Source of the DNA: Balanoglossus misakiensis
Taxonomy: Eukaryota; Animalia; Hemichordata
Reading direction: 5' to 3'
Assembly (NCBI GenBank): GCA_040954595.2
Contig: CM082589.2
Span: 1,156,009-1,220,008 of the forward strand
DNA: 64,000 nucleotides
The first letter of the stretch is position 1, and each line of letters begins with the position of its first letter. Positions 1 to 14,800 of this stretch are shown here, in pieces. The notes under the pieces are model-generated. The model was given only the letters and a program-made list of their open reading frames with translations, ran no database searches and was not told the origin of the DNA. The position numbers were made by a program, and so were the translations under genes.

Positions 1-400
1 TTAGTTTGAGTATACCCTATGTTCGACAAAAATACTCCCAGAACCTAGAAAACATTTAGAACTAACTTTTCATTTGAAGGATTAAATTTTTAAGTGCAGG
101 ATATTGATTATAAAATTAAATTTCGTACTTTGGATCATTTAAAATCGACAAATTCGCGGCGGGCGAAGTCAGGGTCCTGTCGGGCCAATACGCCCAGCCT
201 AGCCGCGTATCAGTGGCTGGGGGCGCTGTCTCTCCAGGTCAAAGGTTACCAATAGAGAATGGCCTCCAAAACGGGGAATCTGTGATCGGCGTCGCCGACT
301 ACATTTATTATCAAGCGACAGCGGTTTATCAACGATCGTACACCTGCTGAAGCTACGAGAGATAAAGTGACTGTTATTGTCTTTGACAAGACGGTTCGCG

Positions 401-3400
401 ATGCCAGGTAAGTGTACATTTGTGTCTTTGAGACCCGATAACATATCTGTGACCGAGATAACATTTTCAGTCTTCCTCGGGTGAAACCTCCCATTTTCCG
501 ACTATTACTCATCTCATCAGGGACAAGACAGTCAATGTAGCGGAGGGTCTATATTTGGTCGTTTTGTTGACCTGTTTATATATTGTAATCCAAAAACTCG
601 CTTCAGAGTAACGCCCATGGTATTTCAGTAAAGCTTGCGATATCGACCCCATTATCGTAGCTCAGCTGATCCGGAAGCAATCGTGAAATGAACAGCCGCC
701 CATCCCTGACTCTAAAAATTTATTTTGTATGCCGCAGACATGTAAATAAATTGGTTGGAGGCGGTGATTTCATCGGCTTCTCCTTTACAGTAAAATCAAG
801 TGACGAAGCGAAGTTGTTTTACTTTATTTATACAGCATTGGATATTTATCTGATTTTGTCCTTCTGCGTTTCAGTTCAGTGCTTTTTATGCACACACGTC
901 ACACATCACGTGTAGGGCATGACTTTTCTTTACATACAACAGCTATTTTCTCCACCGATGTGCCGTATGATGCTATTTTCGCCGTCTTGAAATTCTGTAA
1001 ACAATCTTGAGTTTACTACATTGCCATAGCAACAAAATGGCCTCCAGTTGTTTTGTATGTTTGTTTATAATGTGTTCGCTTTCTACAGATCTTTCACAAC
1101 AAAACTTACTTCTTATTTCGTTGTTTCATTGACTTGATTTTATTTCAGTTTCATGTATTTTCTTCTGTTTTTCTGTAATCATCAAACTATGCTGAATCTT
1201 TGCTTTCCACTTTCACTGTCACTATGGTAACGCCTACGGTAAACATACCGAATGCACTGTTTGCACTGGAGATTTCACTGCATGAGCATGCAAATATTAA
1301 ATTGTTTATTTATTTATTCATTTATATTTAATATTGTTTATTTATTTATTTATTTAAAATTACCTTTTGACTTATTATTGTTTAATCCGTAAATTTTAAA
1401 TAAAATAGTCCTTGATGAAAATAGACAAAAACAATGGTGAATGTATAATCTCTAAAGTATTTTCCTATTTTGAGGTCAGTTGTGCTTATTGCATACTCAG
1501 ACCTTCAAACTGATAAGGTTGGCAACCAATAGTTGGAGTTTGTACCCATTCAAAATCAGACCTTGATCTTTCATAGCAAGTAACATACTAAACACATCCA
1601 CTAAATGTTACAAATACCAGACTAAGCCCCTTCCAGTTTCAACTTATATGTATAGCTGCAGTGGTTTGATTCAAAGATGTCTCATTTGGAAAAGGAAATG
1701 GCAATATTTAGAAAAGGTCAAAATGTCAGAATAATTATTTGGACCATAGACCCTGGAGCATTGTGTGGGGTAAAGAATGCACCTTAACATTTATGGTGTG
1801 TGTGCTTTGGCATTGCGTTTAACATTAACATGGTGTGGGGCAGGGGCAGACATTACATTTTGAACTCTTACCTGGTGTTGGGTAGACAATGCATCTTTAA
1901 CACTTACCTGGTTGGTGTTGGGCAAACATTTCTCCTTTAACATCCGCACTTTGCTGTTATCACCTATCACCTTGCTCTCTGCGTCTTCTCTATTTTCTTT
2001 TCCTTCAGATAATAGACTTACATCATCTCTCACTACCTATGTACATGCAGGGTGTTGTAGCTGTGTATCTGCGTTCAAACCACGATGGAAACGATTGGTT
2101 GACAACATCTTTCCAGATGATCCACAGGTATTTTCATTTGATCAAAATAACATCCAGGTGTTCACAGAAGTGACTGTTGATAAAAAAAGAGAAATTGTTC
2201 ATGATTTGATTTTGTGACATGTACATCAATCACTTTTTTGATCATTTCTTTCAAAGTGAATTTTGTCTGTTGAAATAAATAGACCATTTTATTGGCGTTG
2301 GAGGTGTCAAGATGTCAAGTTTCAGATGTTTGTAAATCAATGTTAAATTTCACTCAATAGGATGGACTTATCAAAAATAACATGGAGAAGCTGACATTCT
2401 ATGCTCTGTCTTCACCGGAAAAACTGGACCGGATTGGTGTGTATTTAGCGAAGAAACTCAGCAGGGATGTGTCCAGACATAAACACGAGTAAGATACGAA
2501 GAATGTGTCTTTCTAATCTCGCTTGGCTCAGAGTTCTCCATGTAACACTGTCTATTCAAAGCCAGAGCAATGCCTTTTTTCAACTTTCAAATGAAATTCC
2601 AATGGAGCAGTGTTCAGCAGATTAATGTTGTATTTTTTTTTATCTTTCCAAGGTATGTATTCATCTCCATGGCAGCGTTGGATCAGCTGTTGCTGGCTTG
2701 TCATGCACAGAGTGTGAATTTGTTTGTGGAAAGTTTTCTTAAAATGGTGCAGAAGTTGTTAGAATCAAATGAACCAGAATTGCAAGTACAAGGAACACAG
2801 TCTGTAAGTATCAGTACATGTATACCAATGAGTTGCAGTCTAACCTGTGTTAGTGGCCACCTCTATATAGTGGCCACTTTGTTACAGTACCTGTTCTTGT
2901 AACAATTGCGGAAGTGATTTAAAATAAATTTGTCAAATTCACAGTAGTTTTTGTTTGTATATTGCAGTTTGTGAAGTTTGCCAACATTGAAGAAGACACC
3001 CCATCGTATCATAGACGATATGATTTCTTTGTATCCAAATTTAGTTCAATGTGTCACTATAGCAACCGAAATGAAACCTGGAAAACAAGGTGAGTTTTTG
3101 TGTTTTGACGCCAGTTTTATCATATATGTTTCATAAAAGCTCATTAGATATATTTCTACATCTAATTTCTCAAAATCAATTACAAGATAGCCTTTCAGAG
3201 CTCGACTGAAAATTCATCTTTTCTGTTCAGGTTTGAAATTAATCTGCCGGTTGTATTTCCTTTGCAAATTGAATGCTTTGTAAACAGATCAACCAGACAG
3301 ACTATAGGAATTCTCTGATTTAATTCCTTTCACAAAATCAGACCATATTGCTTTGAGGCACTTTGAGCAGACTCATTAAATTAAAGAAGATCGATGAATG

Positions 3401-6400
3401 TCCTGTTGCTATTAATAACAGTTCCTATTAATTTATCACATTAATGAAGTTATGTAATTATTTAATTTTATTGTTCTAGTAAAATCCTAGACACTTGAAA
3501 ATAGGACAGTGTCTGTGGACAGTAATTGATGTGTGCTTTGTGTGTCAGTCGTACAGCCTGCATCAGCTGTTACACGGTTGCCATTTGATTGTATCCAGAT
3601 TAACCAGAGAGAAGCAAACATGGCATAAATTGCTATTAACTCTCTGCTATGTGACACGCAACAAAATCCTATATTATTCCAGAATGAAAAGAATGTGTCA
3701 GCTTTAATGAATTACAAAACAAAATTGTCATGCAGTGAAAGAGCAAAATTCTTCATTTTAAAATGGTGATTAATAGTCAAACAATTCCCCCCCCCCCACA
3801 AAGATCTGTTTTTCTAGTGGCATAAGCAGACTGACGTATAGTCTAGTAAAAGTAATGGGTAGATTTGGCAGTGTAAACACGTTTCTGATATTTGCATTTC
3901 GCTGTAGCATTTCCATAGATCTTGTCTTGCATTTTGCTTTTAAATGAACAGAATAGTAAATTAAAGACAGGTTTCATGAATAAAATAACCACACTAAGGT
4001 ACTTAAACTAAAAGGTCTTGCTAAAAACAGATGAAATGAAGGGAAATTTGAGTGACAGTGGTCATGATGCAGATTTTATTGTGGGATTTATATCACATAT
4101 GGTGATCTCATTGAAAATAGTTTGTTGAATTATGTACATGTCAATTCGAAGAATAGATGACTTAGATTGCTGAAATAAACTGAAGTGAAACCCATCAAAA
4201 CCAAACACTTTCTGAAGAGGAGACATGCCTATACTGATGTTTATTTTTCTGTGCATTTTTTTCAGACTTCGATTAGCAGGATTAAGAGGTCTACAAGGTG
4301 TTGTAAGGAAAACTGTAACAGATGATTTGCAAGTCAATATTTGGGAGCAACAGCACATGGATAAAATAGTTCCGTCGTTGCTCTTTAATATGCATGAAGG
4401 TCCAAGCAGGTGAGATGGTGTTTGAGTCATGAATTTCAAATTGGGATGAGGAACACACAAACACAATATGACAAAATGTAAAACAATTTATAAAACTGAT
4501 AATGGAAAATACACATGTAGTCATCAGACTATTCTTTCACTCAGTTCCACATCCAGCCAACAAGATCATCAGAATCTCGCGAAGCAGTCGGATGACGATG
4601 GTGAACCCAGTGCAGTGGCTGAAACCTGCCTGCGAGATCTGACATGTAGAGCTGCGTTTGGAAACATCAAGTCAGTGTTGAAACCTGTCTTGACGTAAGT
4701 TCCAGTATTGCAGTATATTTCAGTGTGTGCCAGCATTACCGGTACATGGAATTTAGTATGCGTGTGTTTTGTTTTGATTTGTTTTGTTTAGCATTTATCT
4801 GGAAGTATCTCTGTTCCATGCATTACAATTGCCAGTTCATGCATTTCAGGATTTGTTAGATACACATGTATAATGTGTTCTTTCTTTTCTTTTTTGTACA
4901 CCTTCAGCCATTTGGATCTCCACAATCTCTGGGTGCCAAGTACATTTGCTGTCAGGTGTTTCAAAATCATTATGTATTCCATTCAGGTAAGATGATTTGG
5001 AAATGCTCAGATTGACACCAATTCTGAAAAAAAGGTGTTCCTAACAGTTTGGTGATTGCCACTAAAATTACAAATGTATCAATATCTATATCAATGTCTA
5101 TTTAAATGTAGGCCCAGTATTCGTATGTAGCAGTTCATATGCTGTTGAACCACTTAGACGAAAATACCAAGAATTCCCCCGAAATCAAACAGAGTATAGT
5201 TGAAGTGTTGGCGGAGTGTGTGGCTATATCTGCTGATGGATCTATTGGTAAGTGACTTAAATTCGTTTCTTTTGTAAGTGTCTGACATTTGATCCAATAG
5301 TAAGCGTCTGACATAATCTCTCTAACTTATGAACTTCCATGGTTAAAACAAGACAGAGGTCGGCCATTTTGAAATTTTGTCAACATGAGATTTTTATCAC
5401 TCACCTAAGTAGCAGAAAATATTTGTCATTCACCTAGGTAGGAAAAACCTATTTAATGTATTATCAAAAATTACATGAGAAGACTCAGATGGCTGTCAGA
5501 GTTGATATAGCTTGATTCTAAAATATTTTTCAATGTGCAATTGTTACAGGACCATCTGTGCTTGAAGTATTCAACACATTACTGCGTCATCTAAGATTAT
5601 CGGTCGATGCCAGACTGTCTCAGAGAAGAGCCTCCAAAGCTCCCTTAAAGAGAACCAGTTACTTAGATGAAGAACAACACACAAGATTTGAAGAAGCTAT
5701 CATCAATACTATAGGTACATCAAAAGAATTTAGTCTGTGTTGATAATGATATATGGAGAAGAGCAGAAATGAGACTATATGATTTTCATGGTCACAAATT
5801 CTCATTATAACATACGACCGTGAAACGTGCCTTCCTCATTTTAGTTTTACATGTATATCCACAGCGTAAATTTTCAATTTCATTATTTCTTTCAGGTACC
5901 TTTGCAACCATTTTACCAGACTATCAGAAAATTGAAATCATGATGTTTATCATGGGAAAAGTACCACTGCCAACACAATATGAACACTCGGATGAAGATT
6001 CTTATCCCATACCAAGAGTCAATGGGTAAGGATCATGTCTTCAGTTTGTAAGATTTAAATCTTTGACAAGCCTTCATTTGTTACATGTATGGCTAGGATT
6101 TTTTCATAAACTTTGCATGATTTCTGGTGTTTATTGCAAGTTAACCCTTCCAATAACTTATGTTCACAGGGAAGGTGACCTCCTTCTTCAGAACATGATG
6201 TTGAAAAGTTTGTTAGAAGTGGGAACGAAGTACACCACTGTTTCCATGGCGACAACCTTTCCAGTGTCATTTTTGGAGCCTCTATTGGCCATCTCCGTGG
6301 TAGCAGACGCAGGAGTGAGGGTCTTGGTTCAAGATATATTCCACACGTTATTCGACAGACATGAAAATGTGGAGAAGTTGAGATTTACAACGAAGGACAT

Positions 6401-8888
6401 TAGTCAGTTGGATTTGAGAGTTGAGAAATCATCCAGACAAGATATCCTCTTCATGAAAAAGGTAATTTTAGTCTCTGATTATTTTTGTTTCATTCCTATT
6501 TGGAGCCTACATGAATATTAAAAACCAAATTTTAGAGCAGTAATTTTTAATAGGCTTACTCCAGAATAAAACATCACATGTACTATGTTTCTTCTTGTTT
6601 TAACTTCTCTTACAGAATGGTGGTCAGATCACCTGGCACTTGTATGAGAATATGAGACTGGCCAGCAATCAACATGAAAACTTTGAGGCAATATACTGTA
6701 CATTAGCATTATTGTGTATTGAGCTTGGAGGTGATGAAGTCTTAGTGGAACTGGTTAGACTCACCTTAGCTTTTCAGGTAATTATGAAAATCAATCTTTT
6801 AAAAAGCTGAACATGATTTTTCGATAGACCTTTGAGGAAGCAAAACATCTACAAATCTACATCAGGCTTCTTATGTTATATGTGTAGGAATCATCACAAG
6901 ACTATCAGCTAGGTTTTGTTGGTTAGATCTAACATTTCCTAACATCAGCTTGTGTCTCTTTCTAAAAACTGTTTGTCATCTAATGTTTAGCGTTTCATGT
7001 TTGTGTTCATAACTACCAATAGTAGTCATCTTTATTATTTTGATTTTTGCAGGAGTTGGCTTGTAGAGCAGACAGTAATTTAAGCATTCCTCATCAGTGT
7101 GCAATCCATGCTGTAGTAGCCAGCTATCTTAACCTGGTCAGTCAATTGACAGCTATTCCTTCATTCTGTCAGCATACACAGCAGGTAAGTGACATTCATT
7201 CATTTCTGGACATTTTAGCTTCTATTCTTGTCTATATATGGGCTTGAAAGATTTGGAGATTATTTACACGTCCTGAATATCTTTGTTGTGTGTCGTACCT
7301 CACTATTCATCGACATCGTACATGTCTTATTCTGCAGATTATTGAAGAGAGGAAAAAACATGCTCCATATTTGCTGCCAGATGTTGTTTTTGCAGAAACA
7401 ACCACGGAAGAAAGGTCAGTGGTTGAACTTCGCCAAGAAGCTGTGACTGAGTGTAATTTTAGAACTACTCTCAGTGACGTAAAGCATATCAGTCACGCAT
7501 ATTGCTCATTGTGTGTCCACTTAGAAATTTTGTTCCTTGTTCTCTGACAGTCAAATTATCCAGTTTTGTTTTCAAATTGATAGTACCTATTAATAGTGCA
7601 TCTTTTCTTGGTTTTAGTTACCCTGGCAACCTACAAGTTGAAGATTCATTATTATTTCAACAAGCTGTGATCAGCGAAGTGTTACATAGCACTGGACATG
7701 ATATCTCCAGACTTAACACTCCTTATGTACATAGACCATCAGGTATGTACAACATAAACCATTAGTATGTTCACTTCTATTCCTCATGTGGACTCAAACA
7801 CACACGTAGATGAATATCTGTAACAATAAATATTTTATATTTCACCAGGAATTGAATATCGTCAACAAACTGATGCTGATGCAGCTTCTGTGAATATTGA
7901 AATTGAATCTGTCAGCTCATCACCATCTGGAATTCGAGTAAGTCAACAAGAGTTACAAAATGCCTATCTGAACTTTACACACGACTTAGTAGAACTTTAG
8001 TCAACAAGTCAGCTCATTAAATTGTAATGAATCTTAAGAGATTATATCTGAAACTTTCATAATTTATGTTTAATAGAAACATGCCGAGGAACAGATTACG
8101 TTTGAATCATTGAAGAGAACGCTGCAGTCACCAATAAGTGAACAAGATCAGCAAGAACTGGAAAGGGAAAAACGGCAGGAAATACTGGAACATTTCAAAT
8201 CCAGTACGCTGGATGAAATTGCTGCTGTTTCTGAACAAAGGGTGAGCTATAAAATGTTTGCCTTTTTATATATTTGTTTTCTCGTATCGATAATTTTTAT
8301 GGTTTCTTTTTGCATATGCATTACAGTATAATAATAATATGATTTGAATATTCATATTTCAGACTCAAAAACTGCACATCAGGTTGAATGAAATCCTTGA
8401 TAAGATTAGCAGGTATGTTGATATTATCTTGATTCAATCATCAGGCAATGCTATGACTTTGCGTGGCCTTACATTACAGCAGTCATACATTAGCAATAAT
8501 ATCTTATGTTTGTGAAATATAGCTAAACAAGCATTACATGTATTTAAATTCAAACCAGACGTTTTCACATAGACATGACAACAGCCCTGAGACAAGATAC
8601 ATCATCTATCAAACCATGGCTTTGTGTAAACATCTTTGGAAAATGTGTGTAATATACACTGAACGTAGACCATGTCTGCAGTTTGTAGAACATAAAGCTT
8701 CCATAAATTGTAATTTAAACAGCATATATTCTTTTTTTTAATTTGTTTTTTCACGGTAACTTTGCAGGCCGAGATCAACAACCCCGCCTTGCAGTCCTAA
8801 GGTGCATTCCCCATCATCTCCACTGTCACCTCCTGTTCAGTCCGTCCCACTCTATGAAATGACATTTCCAGAACTACTTGTTTATTGA
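401..8888 (+). CDS. EFR3: EFR3 homolog (plasma-membrane scaffold of the PI4KIIIalpha complex), ~20 coding exons
   Basis: Exon 1 is ATG CCA G|gtaagt (401-407). Splicing to 2051 gives MPGCCSCVSAFKPRWKRLVDNIFPDDPQ, then DGLIKNNMEKLTFYALSSPEKLDRIGVYL (2361-2488). Internal exons include LRGLQGVVRKTVTDDLQVNIWEQQHMDKIVPSLLFNM and LPDYQKIEIMMFIMGKVP. The last exon ends VPLYEMTFPELLVY* (TGA 8886-8888). These match the EFR3A/B N-terminal Cys cluster, core and C-terminal motif as I recall them. Confidence 0.96.
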
Positions 8889-11800
8889 GCACCAGGTGAA
8901 TATCTCCATAGTAACAAGGGTGTTTAATAGGGGCACTGTTATTAATATTACCATTTCACGTTGTCATAGCCGCACCACGTGGTGATAATAAAAAATACAT
9001 GGGAAAAATGTATTGTAATGCTGTCATTGGTCTTGCGTTTTCTGCACAGGTGGTTTGTCACATTTGTCACAAGTGTTGGTGTAGTAAAATAATCTGTTTT
9101 CCATATTTGGGCATGATCAACACATTTATGCTAATTTCTACACGAATGAACGAATGGCAATGATGCTTCCCAGTCTCAAATTATCTAAGAGCAGGAACTT
9201 CGTTACATCCTCTCAAACAGCACCTTATGTTGCAATATTAAGACCGAAACAACTATGCTGATTTTGATAATTCTCTAAAAATTGGATTCATGTCTCTTTC
9301 TCACATTGCAGTGGTGTTGCCATGGACAACAGTCAGGAGCTGGAGCTGTTTACAACATTTTGTCCAGAGGATAAAAGCTGCGATATAGAGACAGACCACC
9401 ATTGGATCTCGCCATATTCCAAACTTAATTACTTATCTGACACCGACCCATTGATTTTATGGGATGATTTAGAGTCTAATACAAATTTTTGACATATTTT
9501 GATCAATTAGACAATTCTGGGTACTTGGCTGAGTTCATCAATCTTGTCAACTGACTTGTCAGTGGATGAAAATGAAACTCTGCCACAGTACAGTGGAGAG
9601 AGGATTATCTAATGTATGTAATATTATCTGAAGTATGAACAATTGTAATCCCTTCTAGTGAATATAATATGACCTCTTTAAATTGTTTAAATATCATTAT
9701 TTTTCACTCAAAGAAGTGTAATATGTTTTACAATAGAAAACTAAGAGATGTAACAAATATAATTTGCTCAATCCCTGTCAACCTACCATGAAAAAAATTT
9801 GATGTGTAATTTTAAACTGCCTAATTTATTCCCCATATATCATTGTAATTCTAGAAAGAAAACTTTGGAAAAATGAACAAAATAGTGTCATGTGAGAATT
9901 AGGTGAACATGACTTATGGTACATGTCGAATTGCATTACATTCATTACATCATGTTAAGTAAAATTCCAAAATATTCTACCAGTAATGTCATTATGTTTT
10001 CATAAAACCTGCAATATTATTGTGTTGAAAAATTGCAATATTTATTGTTATTTTTTCCTTATATGTACTATAAGAAGACAACCAACTTCACAGTTATTTT
10101 GCATTTCGTTACTCAGGACGTACGTTTGAATTTCATCCTGGCATGGATTGATCGATCTGCACTTGCCATGTCAAGTGTTTGCCCTTTTCATTGATGCACC
10201 TTATTCTTCACACATGAATTTTACATGTCTGCAGACTGTGCTGGTGTTCATGCATGTTACAGAGGTGTGAAATACAACCTCTGTAGTCATGCATGATTCA
10301 AACACGACCAGAATGTATGCAGACTTTGAGATTCAGTCACGGGAGGGCGCTTTATCACCAGATTCTAACAATGGATAGATTTATCTTCTCAAATCATGAG
10401 GTGAAGAAATGTTGCATTTTATTCTGACTTCATGACAGAGTACTGACTACCATAGCAACAAGAGTGGAGACTGCAATATCTAGATTACCGATATGTGCAA
10501 TCTAGTGCATGGTTTTAATTAATGTTTTGTTTTCTTTACACATGAGATGTGTGTCTTAAAATGATTTGCATAGTGTTTTCAGACTTTTGCTTTTACTTGA
10601 TGTGTATAAATTATGCATTGACTGTAAGTTTGGATGTACAGCTTTCATGGCAGATTAAAAACCAATATAATTTAAAACGCATGAACTGTGGTGAATTTAT
10701 GACTAGTTTATCAAATCCTGCACTTCTAAAATAACTTTCTACCAACAAGAATCAGAAGTTTGAGACGTGATGTTGCAGATGTCTCATCATATTTTAGTTA
10801 CCTGCACTGTGAGGGCGCTCCACATTTAAGTTGTCACCATGTCAGTTCCTGTTCCAGACCCATGCTTCCCATATCCTGAAAAAAGGGGAAAAGTACCTTA
10901 TCGTCAGCACAACACAGCCAGCGGTAGAAATAAGACAGGAAACCAGACTTAGTCGCCAACATTCTATCTATTTTAGTAAATACAGTACACTTCTTCAGCT
11001 TACATTAAAAATAATCATTTCTCAGAATCGGAGACAGGTGTCTTGTGACGTCATAATTTACACGTCCAGAAATGGTGTTTATATTACACTGTGGCGTCGT
11101 CATGGCATTTCAACACTGACCTCTACATCAACCTTCCAAGGAATATAGCGTTTTGATTACAAAGATACGGTCGACTGAATACTTGTCAGCTGTATCTGGT
11201 AATAATCACGGGTGGCAATTGTACTTTGCAAAAACCGTCGCGTATGTGACCTGAATATTATATGTCAATGTTGGTTAAATATGGAGGCCAGTATCTTTGT
11301 TTCTGCCAAGCTCAAGTACATGTTGGCACATTGTGAGGCCTATTAAGGCTGCAGTACTTTTCAAAATTTACTGTTATATTTCCAATAGCGTCATTGATGA
11401 CTCTCGGATATTGAAGGCTTAGAAGGATGGGAAACATTTAGTGCAAAACGTCTGTACATCGAAATATGAGAGTTTACATGGATTGATCCCAACAGTTGAT
11501 GGCTCTTGCGAAATGAAAGCGTTTCAAATTCGCGTCTTAAAGTTTAGTAGACCTCTTAGTTTTATTTCCATGACAACGCAAAATCTCTGTCGACAATCAG
11601 TGATTGTTACTTTCCGATCGTTTTTGATTTCTTAGTCGCTTTACAAATTGTAAGCTTGTCCATTCATACTTTTTAGAAAAATAAAAACCTCGAACACGAC
11701 AATTGAAAAATCTGTGGCCCTGACGATACCATTCACTGGCGTCAGAATTCTGCACTTACTTCATATTTTGATTTCCTTTCCAGTTTTCAATTAAGCGTGT

Positions 11801-14800
11801 ATTATTGACAGTTTGATTAGAAAGCAACATTCTGCTTCGTTGATGGGTGTTCTAATTTCATGTCTCACACAGTACTTCACCATATCCAGTGACCACTAGT
11901 CGATATTGCTTTGGTATGCCCACCGTAACCCATAACATGCTTAGGGTACCAACATTCTATTAATCATAAACCAAGGTATGAAATTTCGCACGCAGACAAA
12001 TTTTCCCTGAACTCTTGACAGTGGTGAAAGGTTTAAGTTATTTTTGAAATTATCAAGTTGATCTTTTGATGCCCTTTCTCTCGGTTAATAAATAATTCAT
12101 AACCGAACAGCGATGGTACACGTCCAAGTTTTCCCTTGACATCAGTAGAGTACGTGATTGCTTTATCAAGTACATGTATATGCTATGAAGTCTAGATATG
12201 TCTAAATCATCGTATCTGTTCTGTTGGAACAGCCCTGAAAATGCGGAAATGAACTCTCGTTTAACTTTTACTATCTGAAGATATTACTTCGATGAGTGGC
12301 ATAATGTGCAATACACACGCACAAGTATCTGATTGAGAAAATATTACCTCGTATCATGCGTATAGACACCTAATCATATGATTGCATGAAAAACATCACA
12401 ATATTCCATTTCGGTGGTTCCATACTATTTGTAAGATTTATTTGACGCTGTCCAGGCATAACATTCTCCGTAATCAGAGAAATGGAACGTGAAACCTTAT
12501 CGTAAAATCGTACATGAAAATTTATTAGATTCATATACATCAAATTTCCAATGCAGACGAAATTTTTATTCTTTGACGACCGGATCGATTACACTCACTT
12601 ATCAGATGGTTGCCATGGCATCTACCTCGGCTACGGTTCTCATCAATTTGGTCGTCCATTTTCATTCATCAATTAAACGCTGACCTACAGATATTGCTAA
12701 AACCAGTATCTATCATTTATTTTCCCTGAGAAAGTTTGATACTGGTCCAAGTTCTCTGTAACACAGGAAACTATTCGTAGCACAGTATCACTGATCTGGG
12801 CTAGATTCTACAATATCATGTGACTATTGTCTATTGGGTCGTTATTCCTGTTGTTTACGATCATTTGGTTTTTTTAAGAGTCTCGTGAGACTCTTAGGGG
12901 GGCTCTATTCTTGTAATGTTGTCTTTGCTCTGGGATTTAAGAGAGACTAAGGGTTAAGTGAACATGTATATTCGCGATGACGCCGAACCATCATCACAGG
13001 CGACAGATGGACTGCGGAAAGTACAGAGAGCATACGGAGTGAATGTAAATATGGTTCTGATTATCATCGTTTCCTGATAACGTCGATTGTGGCTTCAAAT
13101 AACTGCCCTAGAACTGACATAAAAGTGAAGTCAGCGGACAAATTGACGTCGTTTGTCGCACGGATTAATGTATTGCGACGTGTCAATGAGAAGAAACAAT
13201 ATACGTGCGAGTATAGGTATTGTCAATTCTCGCTACCTTAAATAGGTTTTGGCAACCTAAGTGAGTGATTAAAATCTTGTGCGCTCGACAGAATTTCAAG
13301 ATGGCTGCCTTCTGCCATTTTAAGCAAATTGTAGTTCACAACATAAAACAAACTTTGGGTATACAAAAACAGTCACGTCGGTCACGGTAACATGCATCCG
13401 TTACTAATAAGCTCTATTGATCTTTTGACAGAACCAGTGCAGTCGACCATGTCTTTAATTAAGGTCAGTAGGCTATTTTAGATGATTACTTTGATATTCG
13501 CAAGAGAAGACACCCGACAATAAAACCACTTGCTAAGAAAAGTTACCATTATCAACTCACAATGGCAAGTAGTGCTCATTCGTTTTATGGATATTGCGGA
13601 TTAAAAATTAATTTTGTTTCAAGGAAAGGACGGAAACTCTGCATTGTGCTTTTTGCTTTCAATTACATGTACAGAATAAAGCCACTTTTAAACTTTTACA
13701 TTAACTTGCAAGAGGCATTAGCTTTAACATTCGACTAATCACAGCATATTTGCTCCGTGTTTTAAAGGTACCATGTGTTCAAATTTAGCCATAATTTTCA
13801 TGGCAAGTTGACATCTAGCCAATCACAGATTTTGAGTGGGTGCTCGCAAAAAAGCAGCACCACATGTTATTAGAACACTCAGACACGCCATTTTAGCCAT
13901 ATATGGACATTTGTGAATTAGGGATGACTAGACCTGCAACTATACACATTCGCACACAAGGCAAATAGGGACGGTGTTCGTGAAAGCAGAGGGCGTAGAC
14001 TGGAACGGCGAGAGCGTACAAACGATCAGAATCATTTTATTATCGTGATCAAACAGTGAGGCGTGACCTTCTAGCATTGAAGAACTGACAACGAACGGTG
14101 AGTCTGAAGCGAAGAAAGAATAGACGATTGTTCAATCAAGCATGATGGTGATTGTATAGAATGTTGTTAGACTTTTACTCTCAATAGGAAAACTGACACT
14201 AATACGCCGTAAACTATTTTATAGTTGGATAAATAGCTCATAAAACTATGTTGTCTGTAAAACAAGCTGCTTGCGTCAGTAAAAATGGAACGCGCTGGGA
14301 TAGGACAAAGTTTCCGAAGAAAAAAACTGACGTTTGCTAAAATCTGTACACTCGGGTCTGGGTCATAACGCTGAATTGAATCTTTTCTGGTCGGTGAACC
14401 AAAATATGATACAGTGTCAGTTTCGTTTGCATTCGATTGTGAAATGAAATGTGTTGCTAGGGAAACACCATCTTATACGTCGGGGAGGACAACGTTGCTG
14501 GAATAATGTGGAAATGACATTGATAGTGAAGCTTGAGGTCATTGGTCCTTGCGCGTTGGTAACTAGGAGTCGCTTTGACAGAATATCAGTCAGATTGGCA
14601 GGGTATTGGTATGGCCGTGTAAATAGAAATCTTTGTTGGTCAGCCATCGATAAAGGGGGGATGAACAATGCAGTTCCAAAAGAGAACACGGTAGTTTGTT
14701 GATCGGAAGACGAAATACAATAATGCTGTTTGATTATGTCCAACAGATTCCCCATTCATCATAAGAAAGCGTTTCTCAACGCATTGGTGGTTTTCGAGTC

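Noticed and set aside
12875-12896. Short quasi-palindromes (TAAGAGTCTC-GT-GAGACTCTTA; also TCTCGCGAGA at 27055-27064 and an 8-bp hairpin at 28381-28398)
   Set aside because: Too short to interpret; may be factor-binding motifs or chance, with no associated gene structure.
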